A stretch of 64,000 nt of DNA from NCBI GenBank assembly GCA_020849275.1, contig JADLGO010000059.1, positions 29,377 to 93,376 on the forward strand. Reading direction: 5' to 3'. The notes under the pieces are model-generated. The model was given only the letters and a program-made list of their open reading frames with translations. It made no database searches and was not told where the DNA came from. This DNA is from Chthonomonadales bacterium (GTDB taxonomy: Bacteria; Armatimonadota; Chthonomonadetes; Chthonomonadales; CAJBBX01). The position numbers were made by a program, and so were the translations under genes. Shown here one piece after another: positions 63,883-64,000 of the stretch (the first letter of the stretch is position 1; each line of letters begins with the position of its first letter).

Positions 63883-64000
63883 GGTGATTCCTCGCGGTGG
63901 CGATGCGCCGTCCGCCGCGGGCGGCGCTCGCCGGGCACTGGGAGAGGACGACCGATTCATCGTACCACGCGGCGCCGGCCGCGCACAATTGCCGGCGGCG

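Overview
This is a high-GC (roughly 70% by eye), densely coding chromosomal segment from a diderm bacterium. Phylum cannot be assigned from sequence alone. I call about 55 protein genes and one tmRNA. I recognised no rRNA, tRNA, CRISPR array, transposase or integrase. Positions 176-25376 form one uninterrupted minus-strand block of 18 outer-membrane and LPS genes: tamB, an ECF sigma factor, bamA, skp, an OmpH-like lipoprotein, lpxD, lpxC, fabZ, lpxA, lpxB, msbA, a DUF374 gene, waaA, a secreted glycoside hydrolase, lpxK, lpxL, a GT9 gene and kdsB. Many junctions in this block have overlapping stop and start codons. The middle of the window holds lipA, a Gfo/Idh/MocA oxidoreductase, several uncharacterised secreted proteins, nadK, a multihaem cytochrome c fused to a membrane cytochrome b-like domain, and a complete suf operon (Rrf2 regulator, sufBCDSUTA). 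The right part holds a ribose-type sugar ABC importer with no ATPase gene and a darT-darG ADP-ribosylation toxin-antitoxin/defence cassette bracketed by a 14-nt direct repeat. It also holds kdgK, a five-gene cluster of unclear function, cstA, a peroxide-stress cluster (tpx, ahpC, TlpA-like, PerR-like), ssrA, a PEP-CTERM protein and ddl. I do not see a convincing, entirely new multi-gene system. The items most worth a second look are the darTG cassette and its insertion context, a (CT)7 tract that separates an SD+ATG from the signal-peptide frame of a small secreted protein, a Tat-exported glycoside hydrolase translationally coupled inside the lipid A/Kdo operon, and the absence of any recognisable LpxH/LpxI/LpxG. 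All family calls rest on motif recognition by eye and need HMM or BLAST confirmation.
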